Shown: positions 7,717-18,175, numbered from the stretch's first letter. The stretch: DNA of 64,000 bases from Nitrospiraceae bacterium (GCA_050246315.1 JBFWWG010000001.1:384001-448000), one strand, 5' to 3'. The notes: a model not told the origin generated them from the letters alone. Translations and numbers: made by a program.

Positions 7717-9834
7717 TCACCGATTCCCCACTCTCGGTGCGTGGGCCCCCGCACGGGCCACCTGAGCCTTGGCGGCAGCCATGATCTCTTCGGGCGTAAA
7801 TCCGAATTTGCGCTGCAATTCCTTCAACGGCGCCGAGGCGCCGAAGGTTCTCATGCCGATGACGGCGCCCTCGCGTCCCGTATACTGCGTCCAGCCGAAC
7901 GTCGAGGCCTGTTCCACGGCGACACGCGCCGTGACATTCGGCGGGAGCACACTATCGCGGTACTCTTGGCTTTGTCGCTCGAACAGCTCCCAGGACGGCA
8001 TGCTCACCACGCGGGCCTTGACCCCGTCGGTGTTTAATCGGTCGGCGGCCACGAGACACAGCGAGACCTCGCTCCCGCTGGCCAACAGCAACACATCCGG
8101 AGTTCCCCCAGTATCGGCAAGCACATAGGCCCCCTTGGCCAGGCCCGAGGCTGGGGCGTATTTCGCGCGATCCAACGTCGGCAAGGCCTGTCGCGACAGG
8201 ACCAACAGCGCCGGCTCATGTCGCAATTGCATGATGAGCCGCCAGGCTTCCACCACTTCGTTCGCATCCGCCGGTCGGAGCACGATGAGGTTGGGCACGG
8301 CCCGAAGCGACGCGAGCTGTTCGACCGGTTGATGGGTCGGACCGTCTTCGCCGAGCCCGATCGAATCATGGGTAAAGATGTAAATGACCGGAATCTCCAT
8401 GAGGGCGGAGAGGCGGATCGCAGGCCTGGCGTAATCGCTGAAGATCAGGAAGCTGGACCCGTACGGTCGCACCTTGGACAGCGAGAGTCCGTTGAGCACA
8501 GCGCTCATGGCATGCTCGCGAATGCCGAAATGGAAATTCCGGCCTTGGTAGGACTCCGCCTTGAAATCCCCGGCCCCGTCGAGTGTCAGCCTGGTTTTGG
8601 TCGAGGGAGCCAGATCCGCCGAACCGCCGATCAACCAGGGCACATGCTTGCCGATGACGTTCAGCACCTTGCCTGAGGAATCGCGCGAGGCCATGCCCTT
8701 CGCATCCGCGGGAAACACCGGCAAGGCCTTATCCCATCCGTCCGGCAGACGACGATGCTGCATCCGATCGAGCTGATCGGCAAGATCCGGATACGCGCGC
8801 TTGTAGCCGACAAACAGCGCCATCCAGGCTTCGCGCGCCTCATGCCCGCGCTGTCCCATCACCGCCTGAAAATGCTCGCGGACTCCTTCCGGCACCAGAA
8901 ACTTGGCGTCCTCCGGCCAGCCATAGTTGCGCTTGGTCAGCTTGATCTCTTCTTCTCCCAACGGCTCGCCGTGCGCCGCATGCGTGTCCTGCTTATTGGG
9001 CGAGCCGTAGGCAATGTGGCTGTCCACGATGATCAGCGTCGGCCGGTCGCCGGTGCTCTGGAACGTGTGGAACGCACGTTCCAGCATCTCCAGATCGTTC
9101 GCGTCGCCAACCCGCGTGACGTTCCACCCATACCCAATGAAGCGCGTGGCGACATCCTCGCTGAAGGCCCAGTCGGTGTGGCCTTCGATCGTGATCTTAT
9201 TGTTGTCGTAGATCCAACAAAGGTTGGCAAGCTTCAGATGGCAGGCCAACGAGGCGGCTTCTCCCGACACGCCTTCCATCAAGCAGCCGTCGCCGCAGAG
9301 GGCGTACACGTCGTACCCGAACATGGGGAAGTCCGGACGGTTGAAATACTCCGCCATCCACCGGCTCGCGATCGCCATCCCGACGCTGGTCGCGACACCT
9401 TGACCCAACGGCCCTGTCGTGGTCTCCACGCCGGAGGTCCAGCGGTACTCAGGATGGCCGGCGCACTTGCTGTCGAGCTGACGAAATTGTTTGATGTCGT
9501 CGAGCGTGACCGAGAGCCGCCCGAGCGTTTCGTACTGGGGGTTGACCGCTTTGACGCCGCAGAGATGCAACAATGAGTAGAGCAACATCGAAGCATGGCC
9601 GTTGGAGAGCACGAACCGGTCGCGGTTGGGCCAGATCGGATCGCCCGGGTCGAACCGCAAAAACTTTTGCCACAGACAGTAGGCCACCGGCGCCAGCGCC
9701 ATCGGCGTGCCGGGGTGGCCGGAGTTGGCGGCCTGCACGGCATCCATCGAAAGGGTGCGGATGGTATTGATGCAGACCATATCCAGGGACTGTGCGGGCT
9801 GCGACTGGGTCGTGACTGGCTTGTCCTGTTGCAT
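7717..9834 (-). CDS. tkt: Transketolase
   Basis: SGHPG, DRFVLSNGH, GDGCLMEG, GEDGPTHQP; ATG 9834 after GGAGG. Confidence 0.97.
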   Translation of the reverse strand: MQQDKPVTTQSQPAQSLDMVCINTIRTLSMDAVQAANSGHPGTPMALAPVAYCLWQKFLRFDPGDPIWPNRDRFVLSNGHASMLLYSLLHLCGVKAVNPQYETLGRLSVTLDDIKQFRQLDSKCAGHPEYRWTSGVETTTGPLGQGVATSVGMAIASRWMAEYFNRPDFPMFGYDVYALCGDGCLMEGVSGEAASLACHLKLANLCWIYDNNKITIEGHTDWAFSEDVATRFIGYGWNVTRVGDANDLEMLERAFHTFQSTGDRPTLIIVDSHIAYGSPNKQDTHAAHGEPLGEEEIKLTKRNYGWPEDAKFLVPEGVREHFQAVMGQRGHEAREAWMALFVGYKRAYPDLADQLDRMQHRRLPDGWDKALPVFPADAKGMASRDSSGKVLNVIGKHVPWLIGGSADLAPSTKTRLTLDGAGDFKAESYQGRNFHFGIREHAMSAVLNGLSLSKVRPYGSSFLIFSDYARPAIRLSALMEIPVIYIFTHDSIGLGEDGPTHQPVEQLASLRAVPNLIVLRPADANEVVEAWRLIMQLRHEPALLVLSRQALPTLDRAKYAPASGLAKGAYVLADTGGTPDVLLLASGSEVSLCLVAADRLNTDGVKARVVSMPSWELFERQSQEYRDSVLPPNVTARVAVEQASTFGWTQYTGREGAVIGMRTFGASAPLKELQRKFGFTPEEIMAAAKAQVARAGAHAPRVGNR

Positions 9835-9902
9835 TGCGGCCTCCAATGATACCTTCGTCCATTCTCACTCCGAACGCCCGATCCGATCTGATGGATGCGC
9901 GT

Positions 9903-10652
9903 TCACCCTCTCCGCTCCACCCCCGTCTCGGTTCGCTGTACCACGCAGGAAGGGCGCTCGTCTCCCCAAGCTTCTTCCCACAGGCGAAACCCGCCGGTGA
10001 ACGCATGTGCGTTGTCGCCCAATCGCGCCCATTCAGGCAACTTCGTGAGCCGTTTCGCGTTGCCGCCGCCGAGCACGACATAGTCGGCTTGAAGGGCCTC
10101 GTGAAGCGCCGCCACCACATCGTCGACATACCGGCGCCATTTCTTCTTCCCGTACCGCTTGAGTCCGCGCAGGCCGACGTAGTCCTCATAGGTGCGGCCT
10201 TTCCGATACCGGAGATGCGCCAGCTCCATCGGGACCAGCACGCCGTGGGTGATCAGCGCAGACCCGAGGCCGGTGCCCAAACCTAAGAACAGCATGCGTC
10301 CGCCTTCGTAGCTCCCCAGCGCCTGCATCGCCGCGTCATTGATCACCTTGACCGGACAACCGAACGCCTTCTGGAAATCAAATCCCACCCATCCCGCGGC
10401 AAGGTTCTTGGGGTCCACAGCCGGACGACCGTTCGAGACGGCCCCGGGATAGCCGAGCGAAACAACATCATAAGGCCAGTCGGCGGCGAGGCGCTTGACC
10501 GTCGCCACCATGGTCTTGGCGGTCATGGCTCGACCGGACGGGATCTTCCGCAGCTCTCGTTTGCCGGTCGCGAGGATCTTGACGTTGGTGCCGCCTACAT
10601 CGATCACGAGCACCTTGAGGCGGTCAGGTGAACGGCCGCTGCCTTGTTTCAT
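9903..10652 (-). CDS. ROK-family sugar kinase (polyphosphate glucokinase-like)
   Basis: IDVGGTNVK, NDAAMQALG, LGLGTGLGS, ELAH. Confidence 0.85.
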   Translation of the reverse strand: MKQGSGRSPDRLKVLVIDVGGTNVKILATGKRELRKIPSGRAMTAKTMVATVKRLAADWPYDVVSLGYPGAVSNGRPAVDPKNLAAGWVGFDFQKAFGCPVKVINDAAMQALGSYEGGRMLFLGLGTGLGSALITHGVLVPMELAHLRYRKGRTYEDYVGLRGLKRYGKKKWRRYVDDVVAALHEALQADYVVLGGGNAKRLTKLPEWARLGDNAHAFTGGFRLWEEAWGDERPSCVVQRTETGVERRG

Positions 10653-10728
10653 GCCATGTGCCTCCATCCTCGACGATTGAACGGGCGGAGAGGGCAGGCT
10701 CCGCGATCGACCGATGACGTTCGCCGCA

Positions 10729-12870
10729 CTATCCAGCCTGTCTCGTTTCCACCTGCAACTCCCCCTTCAAGGCGAGCACCTCATAGCGGGTGGCGGTCTC
10801 TTCCCGCCAAAAGCGAAGATCGATCGTCGCATGGCCGACCCGGAGCTGGCGGACCGTGAGATCCGGAAGCCAGGGCGGCAACAGGGGATCGACGTACAGT
10901 GTGTGCTTGTGCGCCTCGGCATCTAATCCCAAAATAGCACGCAGAAAGTGAAACACGCTGCCCGCCGCCCAGGCCTGCGGCACATTGGCCCCCAGATATT
11001 GCACCGGGAACGTCCCCGGCCCCCGTTCGATTCCGGCATAGAGCTCCGGCAGGCGGTTGAATAGAAAGTACCGTCCGGCCTCGCTGATATCGCGGGCGAT
11101 CAGGGCTGCGACGTCCGCAAACCCATAGCGCTTGCATCCCATCGCGATGATGCCGTTGTCGTGCGGCCAGACAGACCCGTTTTGGTAGGAAAAGGGATTG
11201 TAGGCGAGGTTGTTCTCGGACAACGTCCTGATGCCCCAACCGCTCCACATGTCCGGTTCCCGCAACCGCCGCACGACCCGTTCGGCGCGGTCCGGACTGA
11301 TGATGCGGCTCCACAGGAGATGGCCGGCATTGGAGGCGATCGTCTTGACCGGCTGCTTGTCCCCATCCAAGGCATAGGCATAGTAGCCGAGATCCTCGCA
11401 CCAAAACCGTTCTTCGAAGCGCTGTTGTAGGTCCGCCGCTTCTTGCCGGAGTCGCGCCGCCCACGCGCGATCGCCGAAATGCTCCGCCACCTCCGCAGCC
11501 CGACGCTTCGCGTCGAAGACGTACCCTTGCAGTTCGCAGAGCGCCTTCGGCCCCTTCACGAGCGAGCCATCCGGGTAGACGACCGCCTCGCCCGCGTCCT
11601 TCCATCCCATATTCTCGTAGCCCTTCTCGGAGCGAGTCTGGTACTCCTGAAAGCCGTCTCCGTCACGATCGCCGTATTGGTCGATCCACCGTAGGCATCG
11701 TTTGACGACCGGCTCGTAACGAGCGAAGAGCGCCTCGTCGCCCAACCATTTCCAGGCTTCGTGCCAGGCGATAATATAGAGGATGGTCGCATCGGCGGTT
11801 CCGTAGTAGGGAGTATGGGGAATGCGTTTGAAATGCGCCAACTCGCCGACCCGCAGCTCGTGGGGTATCTTGCCCGGTTCCGCATCCCGGTCGGCGTCCA
11901 GCTCGGTCGCTTGAAGCTCGGCCAATCGCTTGAGTGTCCCGCGCGCAAAATCCGGATAGACCGTCATGTTCTGCAAGCTGACGATCAGGCTGTCGCGCCC
12001 GAAGACACTGACAAACCAGGGGACCCCGGCGGCCGCCAGCAGCTCATCCGGGTGCTCCTCGTTGGCGGGAAGACGGAGGGCCGCCATGTCTTCAACCGAT
12101 TGCCGGTAGAGCCGATAAAATTCCTCGTTCGAGGTGGTGACCTGCGTGGTGACCTGCTTCCAGCCCGTCAAGATATGGGCGGCGCTGGAGTCTTCATGGG
12201 CCTGGACACATTCACCGGGGGCCCGCCGGAGGAGATCGCCTTCCTGAAGGTCGTATTTACAGCACAGATGCCAGGTCGCCCCCGGCTCAAGATCGACCGA
12301 CAGGTTGATCCGGCCGTTGCCGTACAGTGCGGTTGAATCGCACTGCTCCAACGACACCACCAGCGCCCTCCGAAAGTCCTCGTGAACATACCGGCTGATC
12401 AATCGTTGGGCGTCGCCCTCCCACTCGGTTTGAATCTGGCCTCTGCGCGTCAGCGCTTTGGCTCTGACTTCAAAGATGTCGGCGAAGTCGTTACGAATCA
12501 AGAGCGCCAGATTGAAGCGGGCTCGTTTGGCACTATAGTTTCGGATGTCGATATCCTCATGCAGCGCCTCTCCGATCGTGCGGCCCAGCACGAGTCCCAA
12601 GGTTCCGGCCGCAATGGTCCCCTCTTCCGTGAGGACCTGGGGGTTCACCAGGTAGGTGCGCGAGGCGTAATAGGCGACGGCCCCCGAATTCAACAGGGTC
12701 CAAGGCTCACCCTCGATAAAGAGCTGGTAGCGGCTGAGGAATCGCGTGTCCCGAGCATAGAGGCCCTGGTCGGACTTGTCCGTGATGGAGCCGTCAAATT
12801 CGGACACGAGAAAGGTGTGTCCATGGTTGATGGTCGTGACGGGAGGACCGACCGTGACTTTCACAGCCAC
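10729..12870 (-). CDS. Amylo-alpha-1,6-glucosidase / glycogen debranching enzyme family
   Basis: AGVPWFVSVFGRDS, EPGKIPHE, YYGTADAT, GWKD, YQNGSVWPHD, PQAWAAG; start GTG 12870 inferred (ORF open to 12921). Confidence 0.88.
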   Translation of the reverse strand: MAVKVTVGPPVTTINHGHTFLVSEFDGSITDKSDQGLYARDTRFLSRYQLFIEGEPWTLLNSGAVAYYASRTYLVNPQVLTEEGTIAAGTLGLVLGRTIGEALHEDIDIRNYSAKRARFNLALLIRNDFADIFEVRAKALTRRGQIQTEWEGDAQRLISRYVHEDFRRALVVSLEQCDSTALYGNGRINLSVDLEPGATWHLCCKYDLQEGDLLRRAPGECVQAHEDSSAAHILTGWKQVTTQVTTSNEEFYRLYRQSVEDMAALRLPANEEHPDELLAAAGVPWFVSVFGRDSLIVSLQNMTVYPDFARGTLKRLAELQATELDADRDAEPGKIPHELRVGELAHFKRIPHTPYYGTADATILYIIAWHEAWKWLGDEALFARYEPVVKRCLRWIDQYGDRDGDGFQEYQTRSEKGYENMGWKDAGEAVVYPDGSLVKGPKALCELQGYVFDAKRRAAEVAEHFGDRAWAARLRQEAADLQQRFEERFWCEDLGYYAYALDGDKQPVKTIASNAGHLLWSRIISPDRAERVVRRLREPDMWSGWGIRTLSENNLAYNPFSYQNGSVWPHDNGIIAMGCKRYGFADVAALIARDISEAGRYFLFNRLPELYAGIERGPGTFPVQYLGANVPQAWAAGSVFHFLRAILGLDAEAHKHTLYVDPLLPPWLPDLTVRQLRVGHATIDLRFWREETATRYEVLALKGELQVETRQAG

Positions 12871-12979
12871 TCGCCCCACCTCTCCTTTTCCGTGGCCTGC
12901 TTCTCGTTCCATCAGCGACACTGTTATCTCGCAAGCCGGCCGACGGTTGAAACGCGCCCTCCTCGTGCGCGCCGGTGAC

Positions 12980-13552
12980 TCACCTTACATCGGGACGTGG
13001 GTCCGGAATGAAGCCGTTCCGGTTCGGCATGCGGATCTCCGGGAGCGTGCGCGCGTCGATCACCATCTCCTCGGCAATGATGCCGTTCTGATGGAGAAGC
13101 CAGGCGACCACCGAGTACACCTCGTCCGCAGAGAGAGACTGGGGCGCGTTAAACGGCATGGCCCGTCTGATGTAATCGTACAGGGTCGTCGCGTAGGGCC
13201 AGTAGCTCCCGATGGTCTTGACCGGATTAGCGGAGGCGAGCGTCTCGCGCCCTCCGACCAACCGATCCTGCGGACCTTCCTTGCCGGTCGCACCATGGCA
13301 GGCGGCGCACTTGGCCGCGTAGACCAACGCCCCCTGCTTCACCGTGCCCTGTCCCGGTGGTAAACCTGCGCCGGTGGGATCGACATCGATGTCTCGGGCT
13401 TGGATCTCTCTTTCCGACGCCGATTGCCCAAACCCAAAGGCTCCTCTCGGCTCTTCGGCGGACAAGCTCGACAGGATGCTCCCGAAGGCTGCGACGACCA
13501 GGAGGAAACCCGACGCCAGACGCCTACACGTGAGCGTTCGGGACCTTCCCAT
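12980..13552 (-). CDS. Periplasmic monoheme cytochrome c (SoxD/SorB-like)
   Basis: CAACHG; DIDVDPTGAGLPPGQG, KTIGSYWPYATTLYDYIRRAMP, MPNRNGF. Confidence 0.85.
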   Translation of the reverse strand: MGRSRTLTCRRLASGFLLVVAAFGSILSSLSAEEPRGAFGFGQSASEREIQARDIDVDPTGAGLPPGQGTVKQGALVYAAKCAACHGATGKEGPQDRLVGGRETLASANPVKTIGSYWPYATTLYDYIRRAMPFNAPQSLSADEVYSVVAWLLHQNGIIAEEMVIDARTLPEIRMPNRNGFIPDPRPDVR

Positions 13553-13643
13553 GCCGTTCGACTTTCCACTTGTGAACGGCCTTGTTGTGATAGATCGAAC
13601 GGGTGTCACGTCCATGGATGAGGTCCTCCCACGACGGCTGGAC
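13524..13643 (-). pseudogene. C-terminal remnant of a SoxC/SorA-like molybdo-sulfite dehydrogenase
   Basis: Manual translation VQPSWEDLIHGRDTRSIYHNKAVHKWKVERHGKVPNAHV*, resembling SoxC C-termini and overlapping the cytochrome start. Confidence 0.6.
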
Positions 13644-13895
13644 AGACTCGGCTCGTCATGACATCGGTCCCGGAGAAGGGTCTCCCGTCCCTCCCAGCGC
13701 CGGCAGAACCGAAATCTGGCGTGACATGTCTGCAGGACCGACTCCTGAAGCCTTGCGTTCTGTCACGTTCGGCCGCCATCCACACCCGGCTCGACCGTCG
13801 TCACACGTCCTTGTCCGCTCCAGGCCAATCTGCGGATCTCGCGAAAACCGGGGTGCATCCGCTGCCACCGGAGAAGGACGCTTCATGCAGCGACC

Positions 13896-14282
13896 TTACA
13901 CCTTTTGGCGGGCGGCATCCACACTCCAGATCCCGGAGCCTTGCGCCGAGATGTAGAGAAAGACAAAGCAGTAGAGTGCCGCGAGTTCGCCTCCATTTTC
14001 AATCGGAAACAGGCTGTGCGTACCATGGACCATCCAGTAGGCGAAGGCCATGAGCCCGCTGCACAGAAATGCGGCCCATCCGGCGAAGAATCCCACCATG
14101 ACCAGCAACCCGCCCACCAACTCAATCGGCCCGGCAATAGCGATGACGAACGGGGGCACGTTGGGCGCCACGCCGGGAAAGCCGAACAGCTTCTGGGTAC
14201 CGTGCCAGAGGAACATCAGGCCGGCCATGATGCGCAGCAACGCGTAGGCCTGCGGCTGAAATGATCGCATGAATGTCGGCAT
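13896..14282 (-). CDS. DoxX-family membrane protein
   Basis: LLRIMAGLMFLWHGTQKLFG, ELVGG, NGGELAALY. Confidence 0.9.
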   Translation of the reverse strand: MPTFMRSFQPQAYALLRIMAGLMFLWHGTQKLFGFPGVAPNVPPFVIAIAGPIELVGGLLVMVGFFAGWAAFLCSGLMAFAYWMVHGTHSLFPIENGGELAALYCFVFLYISAQGSGIWSVDAARQKV

Positions 14283-14411
14283 GTCTCACCTCCGAATGTC
14301 AGTGGGGTGTGCTGGGAGGGTGACGCAGGTCGAGATCACCCGTTGTTCTTGACGGCCCGTGATTGAGGATCATCAACTGAAGCAGGACGATCCTCAAGGG
14401 GCAATCCTGAA

Positions 14412-14708
14412 TCAGTATTCAAACGCGACGCGATAGAGAGCCGGCGTCATTTCAACGCCCAACTGCCCTAACTTCGCCTTCATGGGTGTCACGCTCTTTT
14501 CGTACGCTTTCCAGTAGACATCCTCATTTTCCCAGATTGCGACGTTGATATAGTTGAACCTGGTGTCGGGCTTGATGCTTCTGTGAAACTTTCCGCTGAT
14601 AAACCCCGGCTGCCTGGTGATATTCTCTTTGACATCTTCCCACCACTTCACAAACTCATCTTCCTTGTCCTTCGGAACCGAGAACACGTTGATGAGGGTA
14701 ACGGGCAT
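14412..14708 (-). CDS. Antibiotic-biosynthesis monooxygenase (ABM) domain protein
   Basis: VTLINVF, QPGFISGKFHRS, YINVAIWE. Confidence 0.82.
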   Translation of the reverse strand: MPVTLINVFSVPKDKEDEFVKWWEDVKENITRQPGFISGKFHRSIKPDTRFNYINVAIWENEDVYWKAYEKSVTPMKAKLGQLGVEMTPALYRVAFEY

Positions 14709-14741
14709 GTCGGTGCTTCCTTACTCCGTTTTTCAGAATGG

Positions 14742-14769
14742 CGGCGGGAAGGCCGAGGCCTTCCCGCCG
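14742..14769. terminator. GC-rich hairpin, possible terminator or mRNA stabiliser
   Basis: CGGCGGGAAGGCC-GA-GGCCTTCCCGCCG perfect 13-bp stem; only a weak U-tract. Confidence 0.45.
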
Positions 14770-14778
14770 TTGTCGCCG

Positions 14779-15120
14779 TCACTGAACTTCGACCGTGATG
14801 CTATCGCTTGGTGCAAGATGGTCGTGGTCATGGGTCGCGGCCTGCACTTTGATTTCGTGCTTGCCCTTGCTCAGTCCCTTGAAGGTGCCGGGGAATTTCT
14901 TTTGGGGTTGGCCGTCGAGATAGACATGCGCATGCTCCGCTTTGGAGCCCTTGACGAGTTCATATTTCAGCTCAAACGTGTCACCAACCTTCGCCCCATC
15001 CTTTGGCGACGTGATTTGAATCTTCGACCCATCGTCTTCGTCGGCAAAGGCGGGCCCGGTTGAGATGCCCACGAACAGGGTGAATAGAGCAAGACCCGCC
15101 AGCAAAACTCCTCGCATCAT
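14779..15120 (-). CDS. Small exported Ig-like protein of unknown function
   Basis: Signal peptide ending AFA; ITSPKDGA, HAHVYLDG, GKHEIKV; His-rich. Confidence 0.75.
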   Translation of the reverse strand: MMRGVLLAGLALFTLFVGISTGPAFADEDDGSKIQITSPKDGAKVGDTFELKYELVKGSKAEHAHVYLDGQPQKKFPGTFKGLSKGKHEIKVQAATHDHDHLAPSDSITVEVQ

Positions 15121-15203
15121 GATGACCTCCCTAGGTGACAGCCTGGAACAGCATGAACCAGACTTGTTGGTGAACTCTCCGACACTCTTCTGTTTGCCTC
15201 ATC

Positions 15204-15218
15204 GCATGAATCGTTCCA
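15204..15218 (-). promoter_or_regulatory. Possible sigma54 promoter
   Basis: TGGAAC-GATTC-ATGC with GG-N10-GC spacing, upstream of the 15120 start. Confidence 0.35.
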
Positions 15219-15455
15219 GTTGATCGCCACTGAAAAATCGCGGAGGTGCCCGTGAATCCAACCGTCCTTCCGACAGCGCCCGATCAGTGACGATTGGAGA
15301 TGCCGATATAGCGGCACACTGACGAAAAGCCGGCACGATGAGAGGAAGGGCCCTTGGCCTCTCGTAAAAGACTCCGATTCTTACGGTATAGAACGAAGCT
15401 CCGATGGATCAATGGCGAATTCCTTCTCAGGCTCGCCTGCCCGGTCAAGGTCGTG

Positions 15456-15902
15456 CTACAGACGCAAGGGCTTGATCGGCGAGACGACGGCCTCGGGATT
15501 ATTTTTCCAGATCGCTTCGTCTGCATCGACATAGAGCTCCACTTCGTTGCCGTCCGGGTCGCGCAGGTAGAGGCTCTGACTGACGGTATGGTCGCTCATG
15601 CCCTCGATGGAAATACCGGCTGCCTCCAACTCGCGCTTGGCCGAACGCAGCTCATCCAAACTGTCGCCGACCTTGATGCCGATATGGTAGAGGCCTCGGC
15701 GCCGGCCGGATGGCGGCCCCGGGGCGTCGCCGACCTGAATCAACAACAGCTCATGGTGCGTCCGTCCTGAAGTGAGCGCGGCGGCCTGCCCGTGAAAAAT
15801 AGTTCCCACTTCCTTGAAGCCAAGCAGATCTCGATAGAACCACAGCGACCGCTGGAGATCCTTGACATAGAAGACCACATGACCGAGGTAACGAGCTTTC
15901 AT
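15456..15902 (-). CDS. VOC/glyoxalase-family protein
   Basis: LGHVVFYV, FYRDLLG, GLYHIG, SLYLRDPDGNEVEL. Confidence 0.9.
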   Translation of the reverse strand: MKARYLGHVVFYVKDLQRSLWFYRDLLGFKEVGTIFHGQAAALTSGRTHHELLLIQVGDAPGPPSGRRRGLYHIGIKVGDSLDELRSAKRELEAAGISIEGMSDHTVSQSLYLRDPDGNEVELYVDADEAIWKNNPEAVVSPIKPLRL

Positions 15903-15931
15903 GCTGTTGCTCCTTCCGACACCCTGCACGA

Positions 15932-16606
15932 CTACCCGACCGGAATCAACGCCCCATTGATCTGGCCTGCTTCTTCAGAAGACAAGAAGACGAGCAGCCG
16001 GGCGATTGATTCCGGCTTCACCCACTGGGCCGGGTCGGCCTCCGGCATGGCGGTACGATTGGCCGGCGTGTCGATCGTGCTCGGCAGGATTCCGTTGACG
16101 GTGACGCCTGAGCCGGCCTGCTCCAAGGCCAGGGTCCGGATCAAGGCAGCCAGCCCCGCCTTTGACACGATATAGGCTGCCGCACCGGGGAAAGGTTCCG
16201 CGGCCGCTCGCGCGGCCATGTGGAGGATCCGTCCGGTCCCCCGCTCGACCATTTGCGGGATGACGGCCTTCGAGAGCAGAAAGGCCGCTGTCAGGTTCGT
16301 CGTCAACATTCGCTGCCAGAGGGCGACCTCCGTGTCGTCCGCACGTCCCGGAGCAAATCCACCCACAAGGTTGACCAGTACGTCGATGCGACCGACCTTC
16401 CGGATGACCTCGTCCACAAGGCGGCGGACATCGGCCTCATCCGTGACATTGACGCTCAGAGCCAGACGTCCGTCCGCATGTTTGGTAGACGGACTCCGGT
16501 CGCCGGTGACGACGCGGGCTCCCGCCGCCAGGAACGCCGGCACCACGCTCTGCCCCAACGCCCCGGACCCTCCGGCAATCAACACGACTTTCCCTTCCAC
16601 GCTCAT
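15932..16606 (-). CDS. SDR-family oxidoreductase
   Basis: IAGGSGALG, YIVSKAG, PSTIDTPANR. Confidence 0.88.
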   Translation of the reverse strand: MSVEGKVVLIAGGSGALGQSVVPAFLAAGARVVTGDRSPSTKHADGRLALSVNVTDEADVRRLVDEVIRKVGRIDVLVNLVGGFAPGRADDTEVALWQRMLTTNLTAAFLLSKAVIPQMVERGTGRILHMAARAAAEPFPGAAAYIVSKAGLAALIRTLALEQAGSGVTVNGILPSTIDTPANRTAMPEADPAQWVKPESIARLLVFLSSEEAGQINGALIPVG

Positions 16607-16641
16607 CCGGCTCCTCCAAGGTACGCGAGGGTCAGAACCCC

Positions 16642-17013
16642 TCAACCCTTTTTCCCAGTATCGTAGTAGAACCGCTCATGGACGATCTTGCCGTTGTTCC
16701 ACTTCGCCACGGCCACCTGTTCCATGTGGACCGGCTGGCCGTTCGTGGCGATGAAGTCCATCGTGCTTTCGTAGAACGTCACGTTGTCACCTGCCGCGCT
16801 GGCCTTGACGGAAAACCCCTTCCATTCCTTGACTCCGTTCAGAAACTGTTTCTCCCGCTCGATGTTAGCCGCCAGTCCTTTCGTCGGAGGGTTGGCATTG
16901 TCCTGCATCACCGTATCCTTGTCGTAGAACTCGTTCATCGCCTCAATGATCTTGCCGTTGCGGATGTGGTCGAGCAAGTCCTGGAGTCGTTGCTGAAGAT
17001 GGGTTGTGCTCAT
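16642..17013 (-). CDS. SnoaL/NTF2-like protein
   Basis: AMNEFY...MEQVAVAKWNNGKIVHERFYY. Confidence 0.85.
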   Translation of the reverse strand: MSTTHLQQRLQDLLDHIRNGKIIEAMNEFYDKDTVMQDNANPPTKGLAANIEREKQFLNGVKEWKGFSVKASAAGDNVTFYESTMDFIATNGQPVHMEQVAVAKWNNGKIVHERFYYDTGKKG

Positions 17014-17450
17014 CGCGTCTTCTCCTTTCGTGCTGTGTGGTTTGACATGAACCTAATGCCCAGCTCCTGCACCTCTCGATAGGGGAGGAGCCAGACCAAG
17101 GACTCGTCGCTCAGATCGCCGACCTGGATGCGATTGCCCCATGGATCCCGGAAGTCGCAACGAAAGTCAGGATGGAGTTTTAACTTGTACTTCTTCGTCA
17201 GCTTCTTGCGCACTTCCTGAATCTGTTTCGCATCCCGCACCATGAGCCCGAAGTGCTTGACGCGATCCGGCTGTAGCTTCTCAACTTCGAAGATGGCGAG
17301 GAACTGATGCTCCCCCAATTTGCACCACGCCGCACCCTCGCCGCCCTGGAGCATCTTCAGGCCGAACACATCGGAATAGAACTTCACCGCCTTTTTAGCA
17401 TCCGTGACTTCGATCACGACGTGGTTGCATCCGTAGACCTCAACTGCCAT
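17010..17450 (-). CDS. VOC/glyoxalase-family protein
   Basis: NHVVIEV, FYSDVFG, HFGL, FRDPWGNRIQ; ATG 17450 after AAGGAG. Confidence 0.85.
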   Translation of the reverse strand: MAVEVYGCNHVVIEVTDAKKAVKFYSDVFGLKMLQGGEGAAWCKLGEHQFLAIFEVEKLQPDRVKHFGLMVRDAKQIQEVRKKLTKKYKLKLHPDFRCDFRDPWGNRIQVGDLSDESLVWLLPYREVQELGIRFMSNHTARKEKTR

Positions 17451-17476
17451 AGCCGGTTTCTCCTTCCTGGACGCAC

Positions 17477-18139
17477 CTATGACGCGGCGCGCGTGGCGAG
17501 GACCTCGCTCATCCAGGCGGCCAATTTCGGTGGCGGGTGGGCGCCGGACAGTCCCGGCCCGTCGCCGATGATAAAGTAGGGCACGGCGCGAATCCCCAGT
17601 CGCAGGCCACGCTGCTCCTCCTCCCGCACCGCCGCGCCGCTCTCCTCGCTCTCCAGGCAACGTTCGCTCTGTTCGCGATCGAGGCCGGCCCGCACGACCA
17701 GCTCCACCAGCACCGCCCGCTCGCTCAGGTCCGTTCCTTCTTCGAAATAGCCCTTGAACAGGGATTCCACGACTGCATCCTGCAGACCCTGTCCTCCGGC
17801 AGCCCAGACCAAGCGGTGCGCATCGAAGGTGTTGGGGGTGCGCGGAATGCGGTCGAATGCGAAGGCGATACCGGATTGCCGTCCCGCCTCCCGCACATGC
17901 TCCAGCATGGACTCCACCGCCTGATGGCTTCCGAACTTGGTCTCCATATAAGTCTTCCGATCCATCCCCCGGCTCGGCATCGTCGGGTTAAGCTCGAAGG
18001 GACGCCACCGCACTTCGACGGTGCCGCGAAGGCCGGCCAGTTCCAGCGCAGCCTCCAGGCGCCGCTTTCCGACATAGCACCAAGGGCAGATGACGTCCGA
18101 GTAGATCTCGATAAGAGGTGTGTCTGTCTGCTGCTCCAC
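17477..18139 (-). CDS. DsbA-family (FrnE-like) oxidoreductase
   Basis: SDVICPWCYVG, PFELNP, PNTFDAHRL, VPYF. Confidence 0.92.
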   Translation of the reverse strand: MEQQTDTPLIEIYSDVICPWCYVGKRRLEAALELAGLRGTVEVRWRPFELNPTMPSRGMDRKTYMETKFGSHQAVESMLEHVREAGRQSGIAFAFDRIPRTPNTFDAHRLVWAAGGQGLQDAVVESLFKGYFEEGTDLSERAVLVELVVRAGLDREQSERCLESEESGAAVREEEQRGLRLGIRAVPYFIIGDGPGLSGAHPPPKLAAWMSEVLATRAAS

Positions 18140-18175
18140 GTGAGAATCCCCTTTCAGGTCCGGCGGAGTTTGGGA

